This document shows, in pieces, positions 1-10,194 of a stretch of 54,758 nucleotides of DNA. Each line of letters begins with the position of its first letter. Within the stretch, counting starts at the first letter, position 1. The position numbers were made by a program, and so were the translations under genes. The notes below the pieces were generated by a model. That model was not told the origin of the DNA, did no database searches, and saw only the letters and a list, made by a program, of their open reading frames with translations. Origin of the DNA: a bacterium (GTDB lineage: Bacteria > Chloroflexota > Limnocylindria > Limnocylindrales > Limnocylindraceae); the NCBI GenBank assembly GCA_037128565.1, contig JBAXWE010000001.1:1-54758 (forward strand), given 5' to 3'.

Positions 1-866
1 GCGCCGGACACTCTGTCACCGCGCTGGTGCGCAGCGATGCGCGCGCTACGGCGCTTCAGGTGCGCGTTGCTGCCTCGCCGGGGAAACTCGAAACCCGAAT
101 CGGCCATGTCAACGACCGAGCCTCGCTTGACGCGGCGATGGTTGGTTGCGATGCGGTCGTGCACCTTGTGGCACTACCACGTGACTGGAACGATGGCGCC
201 GATCTGGAGCGCGTGAACGCCGTCGGCACCGCCACAATTGTCGCGGCGGCGGAGGCGGGCGGCATTAAGCGGTTCATTCATCTCGGGGCACTCGGTGTGC
301 AGGAACGGCCTGCGTTGCACTACGCCAGCTCCAAGGCGCGCGGCGAGGCCTTCGTTCGCGCCTCATCACTTGACTGGACCATCCTGAAGCCAAGCCTGAT
401 TTGGGGGGAGCGTGACGGCTTCTTCAATATCGTCGCGGCGCTCGTCAAGCTTCCTGCGCCCGCGGTGCCAGTTCCTGGTGATGGGAAGAGCCGCTTCCAG
501 CCAATTTGGGTCGGCGATGTGGCACGTGCCATCGTGCAGGTGCTTGACGCGCCAAAGGGGAGCATCAAGGCATCATTCGAACTTGGTGGTCCGCGCTACT
601 GGACGTATGCCGAGATCACGCGTGAGGTGGCGCGTGCCCTAGGGAAGCGCCGCATCATCATCCCAATGCCAGTACCGCTGATCTCGTTGGTGGCGCGCAT
701 CTCTGAGGCGATTCGCTTCCCGTTCCCCGTTGCAACAGACCAGTTGCGCCAGTTGGCACTAGATAACATCGGTGCAACAGATGCGGTTGAGCGCGAGCTC
801 GGCTTTGCACCGGTTGATATGGGTGGCCGACTCGGCTACCTCAGGCGCAAGATCAGCAGGCAGTAG
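1..866 (+). CDS. NAD(P)H-binding atypical SDR-fold protein (NmrA/NDUFA9-like), 5' end cut by window edge
   Basis: ORF 27..866, but the frame stays open back to base 3 (AGHSVTALVRSDARA), so the N-terminal Rossmann glycine motif lies outside the window. The body (VVHLVALPRD, KRFIHLGALG, YASSKARGE, ILKPSLIWG) looks like epimerase-fold/NDUFA9-like proteins. Confidence 0.7.
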   Translation, partial: AGHSVTALVRSDARATALQVRVAASPGKLETRIGHVNDRASLDAAMVGCDAVVHLVALPRDWNDGADLERVNAVGTATIVAAAEAGGIKRFIHLGALGVQERPALHYASSKARGEAFVRASSLDWTILKPSLIWGERDGFFNIVAALVKLPAPAVPVPGDGKSRFQPIWVGDVARAIVQVLDAPKGSIKASFELGGPRYWTYAEITREVARALGKRRIIIPMPVPLISLVARISEAIRFPFPVATDQLRQLALDNIGATDAVERELGFAPVDMGGRLGYLRRKISRQ

Positions 867-891
867 GCGTCACAGGCGCGAGGAGGATCAG

Positions 892-2484
892 ATGCGGGTC
901 ATCATCACAGCCACGGGCCCGACAGCAAAGTCTGGCGTCTCCGTTACACCCATCTTCAGCGACCACCTTGACGCGCCGTACCTGCGCGAAGTTGACAGCA
1001 AGAGTGGCGGACGCATCGCCGCACTGCGCGCGATTGGCGAGGGGACTGGGAGTCGCTATAGCTGCACCCTGACGAGTGCTGGCCGCCTCCCGGCTGAACA
1101 CCTTCTGCTCGTCGGTGCTGGCGCGCGCGCTGACTTCGGGAGACAGGAGCTGCAGCGCTGGGCCGCCACAGCGACTCGTCGCCTTGCTGGCCGAACGGTC
1201 ACGCATCTCGCAATTGATGCCACTGGCATCGTCGCCGCACTGGCGAGCGCCGCGCCAGCCTTGCGTGCCGAGGGGGGTGCCTCATTCGGCTCCGGGCTCT
1301 CCGCCGCTGCGCTGAAGCAGACTGACGCCGCGGTCATCGCCGTGGACTTCATCGTGCGCGGTGTCATCGACGGCTCTTTCCATGAAGGCATTGGCGGGAA
1401 GAGTGTCATCGAGGCGCACCCAGCGCCAATCAAGGTGCTCGAGATTCTCGTCCCACGTGGCACCGATCTCGCTGCTGCAAACGAGGGTGCGTGTCGCGCC
1501 GAAATCATCGCGAACGGCGCGGTGCGGACGCGACGCTGGTCAAACTATCCGGCGAACGAGATGCCGCCGCTCGGCATTGCAGAAGAGGCGCGCGATCGCG
1601 CCCGCGCCGTTGGCCTTCGCGCCACCATCATCTCCGCCGCGCAGTTGCAGCGCATGGGTGCTGGCATGTTACTCGCCGTTGGCAAAGGATCGAAGAATCC
1701 ACCGTGCCTCGTCGTTCTATCTGGCGGTAAGCCTGGCGCGAAAGATCCTCTTGGTCGCCGCCTTGCGATGGTCGGCAAGGGTGTTTGCTTTGATACGGGT
1801 GGCATCTCACTGAAGCCACCCGCAGAAATGGAAGAGATGAAGCACGATAAGAACGGCGCGATTGCTGTACTCGAGGCTGCCGCAACCATCGCCCAGCTTG
1901 ATCCGGGTCGACCGATCCACGCCGTCGCTGCATGTGTTGAGAACATGCCAGGTGGAAACGCCACGCGACCGGGTGACGTGGTCACCGCCCTCAATGGGAA
2001 GCGCGTTGAGATCACCAATACCGATGCCGAGGGGCGCCTCATCCTTGGAGATGCGCTGCATTACGCCGAGCGTGAGCTTGGCGCGACGCATCTTGTTGAC
2101 GTGGCCACGCTGACCGGTATCGCCTATTCCGCGTACGGCGGTGAGGTTGCCGCCACCTGTGGCACCGATGCAGGATTCCTCGACGAATTTCACCTTGCCG
2201 CACGCCGCGCCGGTGAGGTCTACTGGCCGTATCCGCTGGCCGAGGCATACATGAAGAACATGTCGACGTGGGCCGCAGACTTCCAAAATTCTGGGACGCG
2301 CGAAGGCTCGCTGATCCGGAGTGGTCTCTTCTTGCGTGAGTTCGTGACGGTGCCATGGGTTCACCTCGATATCGCGGGAACGGCATATCGCCGCTCAGCG
2401 GCCCCCTTTGCGGGCCGAGGCTCCACAGGTGCCGCCCACACCTCGCTCGTTGAGCTCGCCATGGGTGGCGGCGTCCGTCGCTGA
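892..2484 (+). CDS. pepA: Leucyl aminopeptidase, M17 family
   Basis: NTDAEGRL signature, VGKGVCFDTGGISLKP and HLDIAG motifs. Start moved from 772 to in-frame ATG 892, which has GAGGAGG 5 nt upstream (880-886). Confidence 0.9.
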   Translation: MRVIITATGPTAKSGVSVTPIFSDHLDAPYLREVDSKSGGRIAALRAIGEGTGSRYSCTLTSAGRLPAEHLLLVGAGARADFGRQELQRWAATATRRLAGRTVTHLAIDATGIVAALASAAPALRAEGGASFGSGLSAAALKQTDAAVIAVDFIVRGVIDGSFHEGIGGKSVIEAHPAPIKVLEILVPRGTDLAAANEGACRAEIIANGAVRTRRWSNYPANEMPPLGIAEEARDRARAVGLRATIISAAQLQRMGAGMLLAVGKGSKNPPCLVVLSGGKPGAKDPLGRRLAMVGKGVCFDTGGISLKPPAEMEEMKHDKNGAIAVLEAAATIAQLDPGRPIHAVAACVENMPGGNATRPGDVVTALNGKRVEITNTDAEGRLILGDALHYAERELGATHLVDVATLTGIAYSAYGGEVAATCGTDAGFLDEFHLAARRAGEVYWPYPLAEAYMKNMSTWAADFQNSGTREGSLIRSGLFLREFVTVPWVHLDIAGTAYRRSAAPFAGRGSTGAAHTSLVELAMGGGVRR

Positions 2485-2524
2485 GGCTGATACTCTTCCC
2501 GTAGCGGAGGAGAGGAGGTCACAT

Positions 2525-3973
2525 ATGGAGCACTCGCCTGCGTTGCATCAACGCACACGCACCTGGCGCGCGCGACTCGGCGTTCTACTCGCCATCCCCC
2601 TCCTTATCGTCGGCCTCGGCTTGGCTCAAGCCGGCCCCGTTCGTGGAGATCCACTCGATGACGCTCTTGCGCAGCAGAAGGCGCTCGCCGCCCAACTTGC
2701 CGCGCAGCAGAAGGCACTCGACACGCTGATCGCACAACAGGGGGCTCTCACCGCGCAACTCGCCTCAACGAGCGCCGCGTTAGCAAAGAACACCGCGACG
2801 CTCTCAAGTATCACCACCCAGGTGGCGCAACTCGGTATCTCTGTGCAGCGCGCACAAGCCGGGTTGAACACGCTGAATGCCGCAGTAAAGGCCCTCGATA
2901 CCGAGATCAGCCGACTTGTGCAACAGCAGGAGGCAAAGGCGCGTGATCTTGCGGCGCGTCAAGGGATTCTGGCGTCACGTATTCGTGAGGCATACATCGC
3001 CGATAAGACACCACCGCTCTGGATTCTGCTTTCCGGGCAGAGTTTTACCGATATCCTGCTCGACATTGCCGGCTTCAACACCCTCGGCGCCGAAGATGTG
3101 AAGCTTGCGGACGGCATCAGCCGGGACGCTGCTCGACTTGCCGCCATTGAGGATCAGGTCCGAGCGAATCGTGCCGAAACAGAGAAGTTGCGCATCGCGG
3201 CGGCGAAGCAGAAGGCTGCGCTCGATAAGCAGGTAACACTGCTCAACGCGGCGAAGGCACGCCTCGCGGCGGCGATCGCTGCCCAACAGAAGGCCATTGC
3301 GGCACAGAAGGCGGCTATGGACAAGGTTATTGCCGATAAGAAGAAGCTGGCTGCCGCAGTCGCCGCGCTCAAGATTGAGGAAGCGCGCGTCACCGCGACC
3401 GTCAATGCGCTCCTTAAGGGACAGTTTGGTGCGGGGCTCCCAACCGTCTACCAGGGGGGCTGGACGTGGCCAATCGTTCATGATGGCTCCGGGTTTGTTA
3501 AGCCTGTGGGTGGCTCCCGTCCATATGTCTCGCAGAAGTTTGGCTGCGTGAGCTGGCCGATCTACCCGAAAAACTCTGTCTGCCCAAAGGGCTCGCCATA
3601 CTTCCATAACGGCGTTGACATCTCGGCCGCACCCGGTACGCCCATCTATGCGGCAGCCGCCGGTAAGGTGATGATCGCTGGCATCTGCAGTTACTGCGCG
3701 GTGTGGAAAGGGATGCGCCCGCTTGCCTGGATCTGGATCGCACATGCGAAGAGCATGGTTTCAATCTACGGACATATTGGTGATGGGAAGGTGTCGAGCC
3801 AGCCGAAATGGCGTGTAAAGGTGGGCGACATCGTTACCGCAGGGCAGCTCATTGCGTTTGTCGGATCGACGGGGAACGTTACCGGTCCACACCTCCATCT
3901 TTCACTGCTGCTGAATGGAAAGTACGTCTGTATTCAAAAATATCTGCCAGGGGGGGCCTGCTCTGCGTACTGA
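2525..3973 (+). CDS. Secreted/membrane-anchored M23 (LytM-type) metallopeptidase with long coiled-coil (EnvC-like architecture)
   Basis: C-terminal HNGVDI ... [14 protein letters not shown]23 motifs, an N-terminal hydrophobic segment ([19 protein letters not shown]) and about 300 aa of Ala/Gln/Lys-rich heptad-like sequence. Start set to ATG 2525 after GGAGGAGAGGAGG. Confidence 0.85.
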   Translation: MEHSPALHQRTRTWRARLGVLLAIPLLIVGLGLAQAGPVRGDPLDDALAQQKALAAQLAAQQKALDTLIAQQGALTAQLASTSAALAKNTATLSSITTQVAQLGISVQRAQAGLNTLNAAVKALDTEISRLVQQQEAKARDLAARQGILASRIREAYIADKTPPLWILLSGQSFTDILLDIAGFNTLGAEDVKLADGISRDAARLAAIEDQVRANRAETEKLRIAAAKQKAALDKQVTLLNAAKARLAAAIAAQQKAIAAQKAAMDKVIADKKKLAAAVAALKIEEARVTATVNALLKGQFGAGLPTVYQGGWTWPIVHDGSGFVKPVGGSRPYVSQKFGCVSWPIYPKNSVCPKGSPYFHNGVDISAAPGTPIYAAAAGKVMIAGICSYCAVWKGMRPLAWIWIAHAKSMVSIYGHIGDGKVSSQPKWRVKVGDIVTAGQLIAFVGSTGNVTGPHLHLSLLLNGKYVCIQKYLPGGACSAY

Positions 3974-5255
3974 TCGCACCCTTGCGGTGATCCTTGCTGG
4001 TGGCGAAGGGAATCGCCTCGGCGTGCTCTCTGGCGTTCGCGCAAAGCCCGCCGTGCCGTTCGGTGGCAAGTATCGAATCATCGACTTCACCCTCTCAAAT
4101 TGTGTAAACAGCGGCATTGGCGACGTGCTCGTGCTGACCCAGTACAACCCTCGATCACTCAACGACCATATCGGCCGTGGACGTCCATGGGACCTCGACC
4201 GTACCATCGGCGGCGTCCGCATTCTGCAACCACAGGTGGGTCGCGGCAACACCGCTAATTGGTACCGCGGCACCGCCGATGCGGTGCTGCAAAACTTGCG
4301 CGAGGTGGTGGCAAGCGGCGCCGAGACCGTCCTCGTGCTTGCTGGTGACCACATCTACAAGATGGATTATGAGCGGTTCATTGCCGCGCATCGACGCAGT
4401 GGTGCCGACGTCACTGTTTCCGTACGTGAGGTGAGCCTCGACGATGCACGCCGCATGGGTGTTGTTGATGTTGACGAGCGAAATCGCATCACCGGTTTCC
4501 AAGAGAAGCCGAAGCGTCCAACCAGTCGTCTTGCGAGCATGGGAATCTACGCCTTTACGGCAGACGCGTTGGCCGCATGGCTGGATGAGGCGCGCCCCGA
4601 CTTCGGCGCTGACGTGTTGCCAGCAATGGTTGCTGGTGGGGCGAAGGTGGCGGCACATCGGTTCCGTGGCTATTGGCAAGACGTGGGAACCCTCCCCGCA
4701 TACTTCGCCGCGAACATGGCGCTCCTTGAGTCGAAGCCCCAGCTTGACCTCTACGAACGGGATTGGTTGATCCTCACGCGCTCCGAGGAGCGCGCCCCCG
4801 CCCGCATCGGTGCCGACGCCCGCGTGGAGCGCTCGCTGGTTTCACACGGCTGCGTCATCGAGGGGATCGTGGAGCGCAGCGTCTTGTCGCCAGGTGTGCA
4901 TGTTGGGCGAGGCGCGGTCGTGCGTGACAGCATCGTGATGTTTGATGCGGTGATCGGCCCTGGCGCCGTGATCGACCACGCGATCATTGACAAAGAGGTC
5001 CGCATTGGACGCGGCGCGCAGGTGGGCGTTGGCGATTTGCCCGGGTCCCCTAATCGTGCGAATCCCGAAATGCTTGCGACTGGACTCGTGGTGATTGGCA
5101 AGCAGGCTGAGGTGCCAGAAGGGGCAACCGTTGGCCGCAACGTGTTGGTTGATGCCGAGGCCGGCCTTAGCGACTGGCCAGATACTGGCGCAGTAAAATC
5201 TGGCTCAACGATTAAAACCGGGCGCACGTGGAATCAGCGTCACACGGCGCAATAG
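3915..5255 (+). CDS. glgC: Glucose-1-phosphate adenylyltransferase
   Basis: [47 protein letters not shown]-terminal signature, plus a C-terminal left-handed beta-helix hexapeptide region. ATG 3915 is the only in-frame start upstream of the G-loop. It overlaps the preceding gene by 59 nt, so the start is uncertain. Confidence 0.88.
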   Translation: MESTSVFKNICQGGPALRTDRTLAVILAGGEGNRLGVLSGVRAKPAVPFGGKYRIIDFTLSNCVNSGIGDVLVLTQYNPRSLNDHIGRGRPWDLDRTIGGVRILQPQVGRGNTANWYRGTADAVLQNLREVVASGAETVLVLAGDHIYKMDYERFIAAHRRSGADVTVSVREVSLDDARRMGVVDVDERNRITGFQEKPKRPTSRLASMGIYAFTADALAAWLDEARPDFGADVLPAMVAGGAKVAAHRFRGYWQDVGTLPAYFAANMALLESKPQLDLYERDWLILTRSEERAPARIGADARVERSLVSHGCVIEGIVERSVLSPGVHVGRGAVVRDSIVMFDAVIGPGAVIDHAIIDKEVRIGRGAQVGVGDLPGSPNRANPEMLATGLVVIGKQAEVPEGATVGRNVLVDAEAGLSDWPDTGAVKSGSTIKTGRTWNQRHTAQ

Positions 5256-5259
5256 TTCC

Positions 5260-5769
5260 GTGACCCTCCTCAAGGTCAACGCAATCCCCGCGCTGCTGGA
5301 ACGTCTTGGCATCACGGTGCCGACACCACACCGACGTGATGATGCGACGGTGTGGGATCTTGAACTCGATGGAGAGCGCCGTCGTGGCTTGCGTCTCTCT
5401 CTGATTCATGATGCGCGCCCTGGCGGCGTACTCGTGGTGTGGGCGCATCTAGCACCGCCACTCGGCGATGGGCTACGCAAGGCGTATCGCCGACTCTTAG
5501 AGTGGAACGACAAGTACCTCTTTGCAAAGTTCGGCATTGCCGAAGATGGGCGACCGGTGCTGAGCATTGAGCTCCGCGCCGAGCAGGCATCCGAGGGTGA
5601 TCTCGTTGAGGCGCTCGCCCGCGCGGTGCTGATCGCCGATCGCCTCTTAGATGAGACCGCGGCATGGATCTGGATCGGCGGTCGAATCCCCGCTGACGAT
5701 GGCTCGCCGCGCCGAAACGCCCCCCTTTTGCGTGCCGCTCCTGACCTCGCCGATCGCCTGGAGGGGTAA
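5260..5769 (+). CDS. Hypothetical protein, possibly YbjN/T3SS-chaperone-like fold
   Basis: 169-aa ORF with native codon bias, 4 nt after glgC. The pattern (WDLELDGERR ... LLEWNDKYLFAKFGIAEDGRPVLSIEL) resembles YbjN-family proteins by eye only. Confidence 0.45.
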   Translation: MTLLKVNAIPALLERLGITVPTPHRRDDATVWDLELDGERRRGLRLSLIHDARPGGVLVVWAHLAPPLGDGLRKAYRRLLEWNDKYLFAKFGIAEDGRPVLSIELRAEQASEGDLVEALARAVLIADRLLDETAAWIWIGGRIPADDGSPRRNAPLLRAAPDLADRLEG

Positions 5770-5804
5770 CCTCCGACCTCACGCCGCGGGGCTATGCTGC
5801 TCGT

Positions 5805-6875
5805 ATGGCTGCACTTGATCGCCCCACGCGACCCGTCCCGAGGCCGCTCCCTGCGCTCCTGACTGGCGAGAACGCCGACGTCTACTTTCTACGCACCGAG
5901 GCGGTGCTGGCGGGGGAGGGGCGCAACCCACTCGTGACCATGGAGGTCTTCTGCCGCCGCGATGGCGCCACCCTGTGTGGCATTGATGAGGCGAAGGGGC
6001 TCCTCGCGATCGCCCTTGAAAACGATGCAGCCGCGGGTCGTGCATCGGTGTGGGCACTGAAAGATGGTGACGTCATTACGGCGAAAGAGGTCGTGCTGCG
6101 CATACGCGCGCCATATCAGTCGATCGCACGGTTTGAAACCGCCTACTTGGGAATGATGGCGCACGGGACCGGATGGGCGACCGCCGCGCGCGCTATCGTC
6201 GATGCAGCGGCACCAACCCCCGTGATCGCCTTCGGTGCCCGACACGTGCACCCGAATATTGCCGATCGGCTTGACTATGCAGCGATCATCGGCGGCGCCA
6301 CGAGCGCATCAACAACTTCGGGTAGTGTGCGCGCAGGCGCGATGCCAGTCGGCACGATGCCGCACGCACTCGTGCTGATTTACGGAGACACCGTTGAGGC
6401 GGCGCTGGCGTTTGATCGCCAGATCGAAGCTACTGTGCCGCGCATCGTGCTCGTCGATACATTCCGTGATGAGAGCGAAGAATCGACGCGAGTGGCCGCG
6501 GCTCTTGGGAGCAGGCTTGGCGGCGTACGGCTCGATCGTGCCAGTGAGCTTGGCGGCGTAACCCCAGACCTTGTCGCCGAGGTCCGAACCGCTCTCGATG
6601 CAGCCGGCGCAACGGCGGCACAGATCGTCATCTCGGGCGGCCTCTCGCTAGAGCGCATCGCCGAGTTTAAGGCGGCGGGCTCGCGCGTCGACACCTTCGC
6701 AGTCGGTAGCGCCATCTCTGGGACACGCCCGATTGATTTCACAGCTGACATCCACGAGATCGACGGCCAGCCGATTGGGAAGCGCGGTCGCCCGTCGGGG
6801 AGCACTGATTCACCGCGACTTCGTGAGGTTGATCTCGCCGCGTGGCGCGCCGCCCTCACTCCTGTAACGCGCTAG
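5805..6875 (+). CDS. pncB: Nicotinate phosphoribosyltransferase (short, archaeal-like type II PRTase family)
   Basis: N-terminal ADVYFLRT (TDxYxxT-like), GTMPHALV motif and a TIM-barrel-like C-terminal half (LVDTF, GVRLD, ISGGL). Confidence 0.7.
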   Translation: MAALDRPTRPVPRPLPALLTGENADVYFLRTEAVLAGEGRNPLVTMEVFCRRDGATLCGIDEAKGLLAIALENDAAAGRASVWALKDGDVITAKEVVLRIRAPYQSIARFETAYLGMMAHGTGWATAARAIVDAAAPTPVIAFGARHVHPNIADRLDYAAIIGGATSASTTSGSVRAGAMPVGTMPHALVLIYGDTVEAALAFDRQIEATVPRIVLVDTFRDESEESTRVAAALGSRLGGVRLDRASELGGVTPDLVAEVRTALDAAGATAAQIVISGGLSLERIAEFKAAGSRVDTFAVGSAISGTRPIDFTADIHEIDGQPIGKRGRPSGSTDSPRLREVDLAAWRAALTPVTR

Positions 6876-6878
6876 GAT

Positions 6879-9512
6879 TTGATGGTGAGCCTGACCATTG
6901 AAACCCCAGGAGCCGAGGCCCGCGACGTCCTGACGCAGGTCGAGGCGGCGGGTCGCGCATCAGCCGTTAGCGATGTGCGCTACGAGCTCCGACTCGACCT
7001 TACTGCTCGCGCTGCAACCTTCCGCGGGCACCTTGTGGCTCGCTTCGCCTTGACCGCGGGGCACCAAGGGTCAGTCTTCCTCTGCTTCCGCGGGCGTACG
7101 ATCCACACCCTCACGCTGAACGGCATGGCCATCGACGCCCCAGCGTGGAACGGTTATCGCCTCACCCTCCCCGCTGCGCACTTGAAGGCCGGTACAGAGA
7201 ACGCCCTTGAGGTCGTCTACGAGAACGACTACGACACCGGTGGCGATGGCGTCTTTCGCTTCGTCGACCCGGAGGATCAGGCCGAATACGTCTACACCAA
7301 CTTTGAGCCGTATGAGGCGCACCGAATGGCACCGATCTTCGATCAGCCCGACATCAAGGCGAAACTCTCGCTGAAGGTTGCGGCGCCAGCGTCGTGGCAG
7401 GTCTTTGGCAATGGGGCCGAGACGGCGGCAAGCCCGGATGCCGCTGGAGGCACGCTGCACACCTTCGCGGAAACGCCGCCGCTCGCGAGTTATCTCTTTA
7501 GCTTCGCCGCCGGACCATTCGTGGGGCGACGCTTTGAGGTACTCGTTCCAGGCCGGGCAACCCCAATACAGGTTGGCCTCTGGTCGCGAGGCTCGCTGGA
7601 GCGTTACCTCTCGTATGACCTCTTCCAGAAGATGACAAGTCAGGCATTCACCTATTACGGCGAGCTCTTTGGACGCGAGTATCCGTTTGAGAAGCTTGAC
7701 CATGTCTACTGCCCAGAGTTCAATGTTGGCGCTATGGAGAACGTCGGCCTCATCACGTACACCGAGCGCTACATCTTCCGCAGCACGCCGACGCCAAGCG
7801 ACGTCACCGATCTCGCCGAGGTCGTCTTCCATGAGATCGCCCACATGTGGTTCGGCAACCTCGTGACGATGCGCTGGTGGGATGACCTCTGGCTTAATGA
7901 ATCCTTTGCAACCTATGCCGCCGGCCTCTGCCTAACCGAGGGCTCCGAACATACGACCGCCTGGCAGGAGTTCAACGTACAGCTGAAGCGATGGTCGCTT
8001 ATTGAGGATGATTCACCAACCACGCATCCGATTGCCGGCACGGTGGCCGACACAGATCAGACCTTCCTAAACTTCGACGGAATCACCTACGGCAAGGGGG
8101 GTGCGGTGCTCAAGCAGCTCGGCGCCCGCCTGGGTCGCGCCGGCTTCTCTGCGGGTTTACGCCTGCACTTCCAGCGACACGCATTTGGTAACGCGACCCT
8201 TGCTGATTTCCTCACCTCACTCGAGGAGGGGAGCGGCGTCCCGCTCGCCGACTGGTCAGCGCAGTGGCTGCGCACGAGCGGACCGAACCGACTCGGTGCA
8301 GTGATTGAGCCGAGTGCCGCCGGAACGATCGGCAGCCTGACGGTCACGCAAGAGGTCGTCTCCGGCGACAACGTATTGCGCGAACACCTGCTTCGCGTTG
8401 CCCTGCTCTACCCGGGCGATGCTGGCGGAGTCGCCATTGAGTCACATGAGGCACTGGTGACCGGGGCGCGTACCGAGGTGCTTGGCGCCGCTGGGCGACC
8501 ACTTCCAATTGCCGTGATCCCGAATCATGATGATCTTGCGGTTGGTAAACTTGCCCTTGACGAAGCAACGCTCCGGTTCGCCGAGACTCGGCTTGAAGCA
8601 ATCCCAGATGGGCTGCTGCGCCAGCTCACCTGGATGGCGATCTGGGAACTCGTCCGTGACGGCCGCTACCCAGCGACGCGATACGCGCAACTCATCATTG
8701 ATCGCCTCCCACACGAAGTGGACTCCTCCATCGTGCAGGGCATTGTCGAGTCAACCATGACCGGCCTGCTCCTGCGCTACCTCCCTGATGGCGAGCGAGA
8801 GCGTTGGGGGAGTCTTATGGTTGATGCCGCACGCGCCCGGCTAGCCCGCGGCGGCAGCGAGGGGATGCGGATCGTCTGGTCGCGCGTCATGGTTATGGCC
8901 GCCGTCACACCACGAGACGTGGAGGAGACTTGGCAGGTCGCCGTTGGCGAAACGCCGCTTGATGGGGTTGAAATCGACCAGGATCACCGCTGGTCACTCC
9001 TTATCCGTGCGGCCTCATTTGGAGCTCCAGGGATCACAGAGCGTCTCGCAGCCGAGGCGCAACGTGACCCGAGCGATCGCGGCGCACGTGCGCTCCTTGC
9101 CGCCGAGACCGCAACGCCAAGCGTGGCGGCGAAGCGCGCTGCCTGGGCACGCATCTTGCTCTCCGATGGATACGGCAGCGTGCGCAGGACGCTGGCGGCC
9201 GCGAGCGGATTTGCCTGGCCATGGCAACACGAACTCCTTGCGCCGTATGTTGCACAGATCCCGACGGCACTGTTGGCACTCGGGTCAGCGGATGCGACCT
9301 TTGCACGCGACCTGATCACGCGTAGCGCCTCACTTGGCCTCTGGGGCTCGCCAACAACAATGCTCGCCGCTATGGACACACTCCTCGAGAATATTGCCAA
9401 CCCGTCGTACGGAATCCCTACAGTGGACGCGGCACGCTTGCGACGCTTCGCACTGCTCGAGCGCGATGGCCTAATTCGGGTGTTGCGACAACAGGGCACT
9501 AGCGCCAAGTGA
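6879..9512 (+). CDS. pepN: Aminopeptidase N, M1 family
   Basis: GAMEN exopeptidase motif (VGAMENVG) and zincin HEIAHMWFGNLVTMRWWDDLWLNESFA (HExxH-18-E). The start may be ATG 6882 rather than TTG 6879. Confidence 0.93.
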   Translation: MMVSLTIETPGAEARDVLTQVEAAGRASAVSDVRYELRLDLTARAATFRGHLVARFALTAGHQGSVFLCFRGRTIHTLTLNGMAIDAPAWNGYRLTLPAAHLKAGTENALEVVYENDYDTGGDGVFRFVDPEDQAEYVYTNFEPYEAHRMAPIFDQPDIKAKLSLKVAAPASWQVFGNGAETAASPDAAGGTLHTFAETPPLASYLFSFAAGPFVGRRFEVLVPGRATPIQVGLWSRGSLERYLSYDLFQKMTSQAFTYYGELFGREYPFEKLDHVYCPEFNVGAMENVGLITYTERYIFRSTPTPSDVTDLAEVVFHEIAHMWFGNLVTMRWWDDLWLNESFATYAAGLCLTEGSEHTTAWQEFNVQLKRWSLIEDDSPTTHPIAGTVADTDQTFLNFDGITYGKGGAVLKQLGARLGRAGFSAGLRLHFQRHAFGNATLADFLTSLEEGSGVPLADWSAQWLRTSGPNRLGAVIEPSAAGTIGSLTVTQEVVSGDNVLREHLLRVALLYPGDAGGVAIESHEALVTGARTEVLGAAGRPLPIAVIPNHDDLAVGKLALDEATLRFAETRLEAIPDGLLRQLTWMAIWELVRDGRYPATRYAQLIIDRLPHEVDSSIVQGIVESTMTGLLLRYLPDGERERWGSLMVDAARARLARGGSEGMRIVWSRVMVMAAVTPRDVEETWQVAVGETPLDGVEIDQDHRWSLLIRAASFGAPGITERLAAEAQRDPSDRGARALLAAETATPSVAAKRAAWARILLSDGYGSVRRTLAAASGFAWPWQHELLAPYVAQIPTALLALGSADATFARDLITRSASLGLWGSPTTMLAAMDTLLENIANPSYGIPTVDAARLRRFALLERDGLIRVLRQQGTSAK

Positions 9513-10186
9513 CGGAAAACCTCTCCGCCGCCACGAAGGCGGCGACAGCACGACGTGCTCTCCTCGTTCTGGCACTCCTTGCACTCATAAGTGCGGGGAC
9601 GGTTATGGGCTACTTCTCGGTGCTTGACCTTGTTGCGATCAACCGGGCGACGGACGAGGATGCGGCGAGGGCCTTCACCACCGTCCGCACCGCGAACTCG
9701 CTACTGCTGCTCCTTATCCCCGTAGTCTGGTTCTTCACGTTGCGTTGGCTGCGCGCTAGCCTGCGTAATGCTCATGCACTGCGTGCACCACACCCCGCAG
9801 TGGCTCTCGCCAGGATCGACCGCGCAGTTGCACTATCCGCGATCCCCGGCCCCGTTGTGGGCCAGCCGGGTCGCTTGTTAGTCGCGCATACCCTCAGCCT
9901 CGCCGAGGCGCACGGCGGAACTGGCGCGTCGCGGCTGAAGGCCGACAGTGGTTCAGCCCGATGGGCAGGGCGACTCTCCCTTCTTGTTGCCCCACTCTGG
10001 CTCGGCGGCCTGGTCAGCTCCCACACTGATCACCACGCCGTGATCTGGGTCGCAGCGGGCTGGCTCACACTTAGCGGGGTTGCGGTGCTACTGCGCCAGG
10101 CCGTAGCTAAGGTGCAGCTCAGTGAGGAGTTACAAAGCGCACTCTTGACCGCCGAGCAGCGCTCCCGCGCTCGCGCCGGGCGGTAG
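9509..10186 (+). CDS. Hypothetical integral membrane protein
   Basis: GTGA-type 4-nt overlap with the pepN stop. About 4 hydrophobic segments and native codon bias. No motif recognised with confidence. Confidence 0.55.
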   Translation: MTENLSAATKAATARRALLVLALLALISAGTVMGYFSVLDLVAINRATDEDAARAFTTVRTANSLLLLLIPVVWFFTLRWLRASLRNAHALRAPHPAVALARIDRAVALSAIPGPVVGQPGRLLVAHTLSLAEAHGGTGASRLKADSGSARWAGRLSLLVAPLWLGGLVSSHTDHHAVIWVAAGWLTLSGVAVLLRQAVAKVQLSEELQSALLTAEQRSRARAGR

Positions 10187-10194
10187 GGACACAC

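Noticed and set aside
772-891. Upstream extensions of pepA (772), the M23 peptidase (2408), SBP (24324), coaBC (37514), aroC (53399), serS (47438) and the lipoyl ORF (26047)
   Set aside because: The extensions overlap the preceding gene or intergenic DNA and encode Arg/Cys-rich junk. Internal ATG codons with good SD spacing or ATGA-type coupling give canonical N-termini.
2640-3420. Repetitive AAQQKA / AALAAQ DNA in the M23 peptidase gene as a possible repeat element
   Set aside because: It is in-frame, imperfect and encodes a coiled-coil, so it reflects protein-level low complexity rather than a DNA repeat element.
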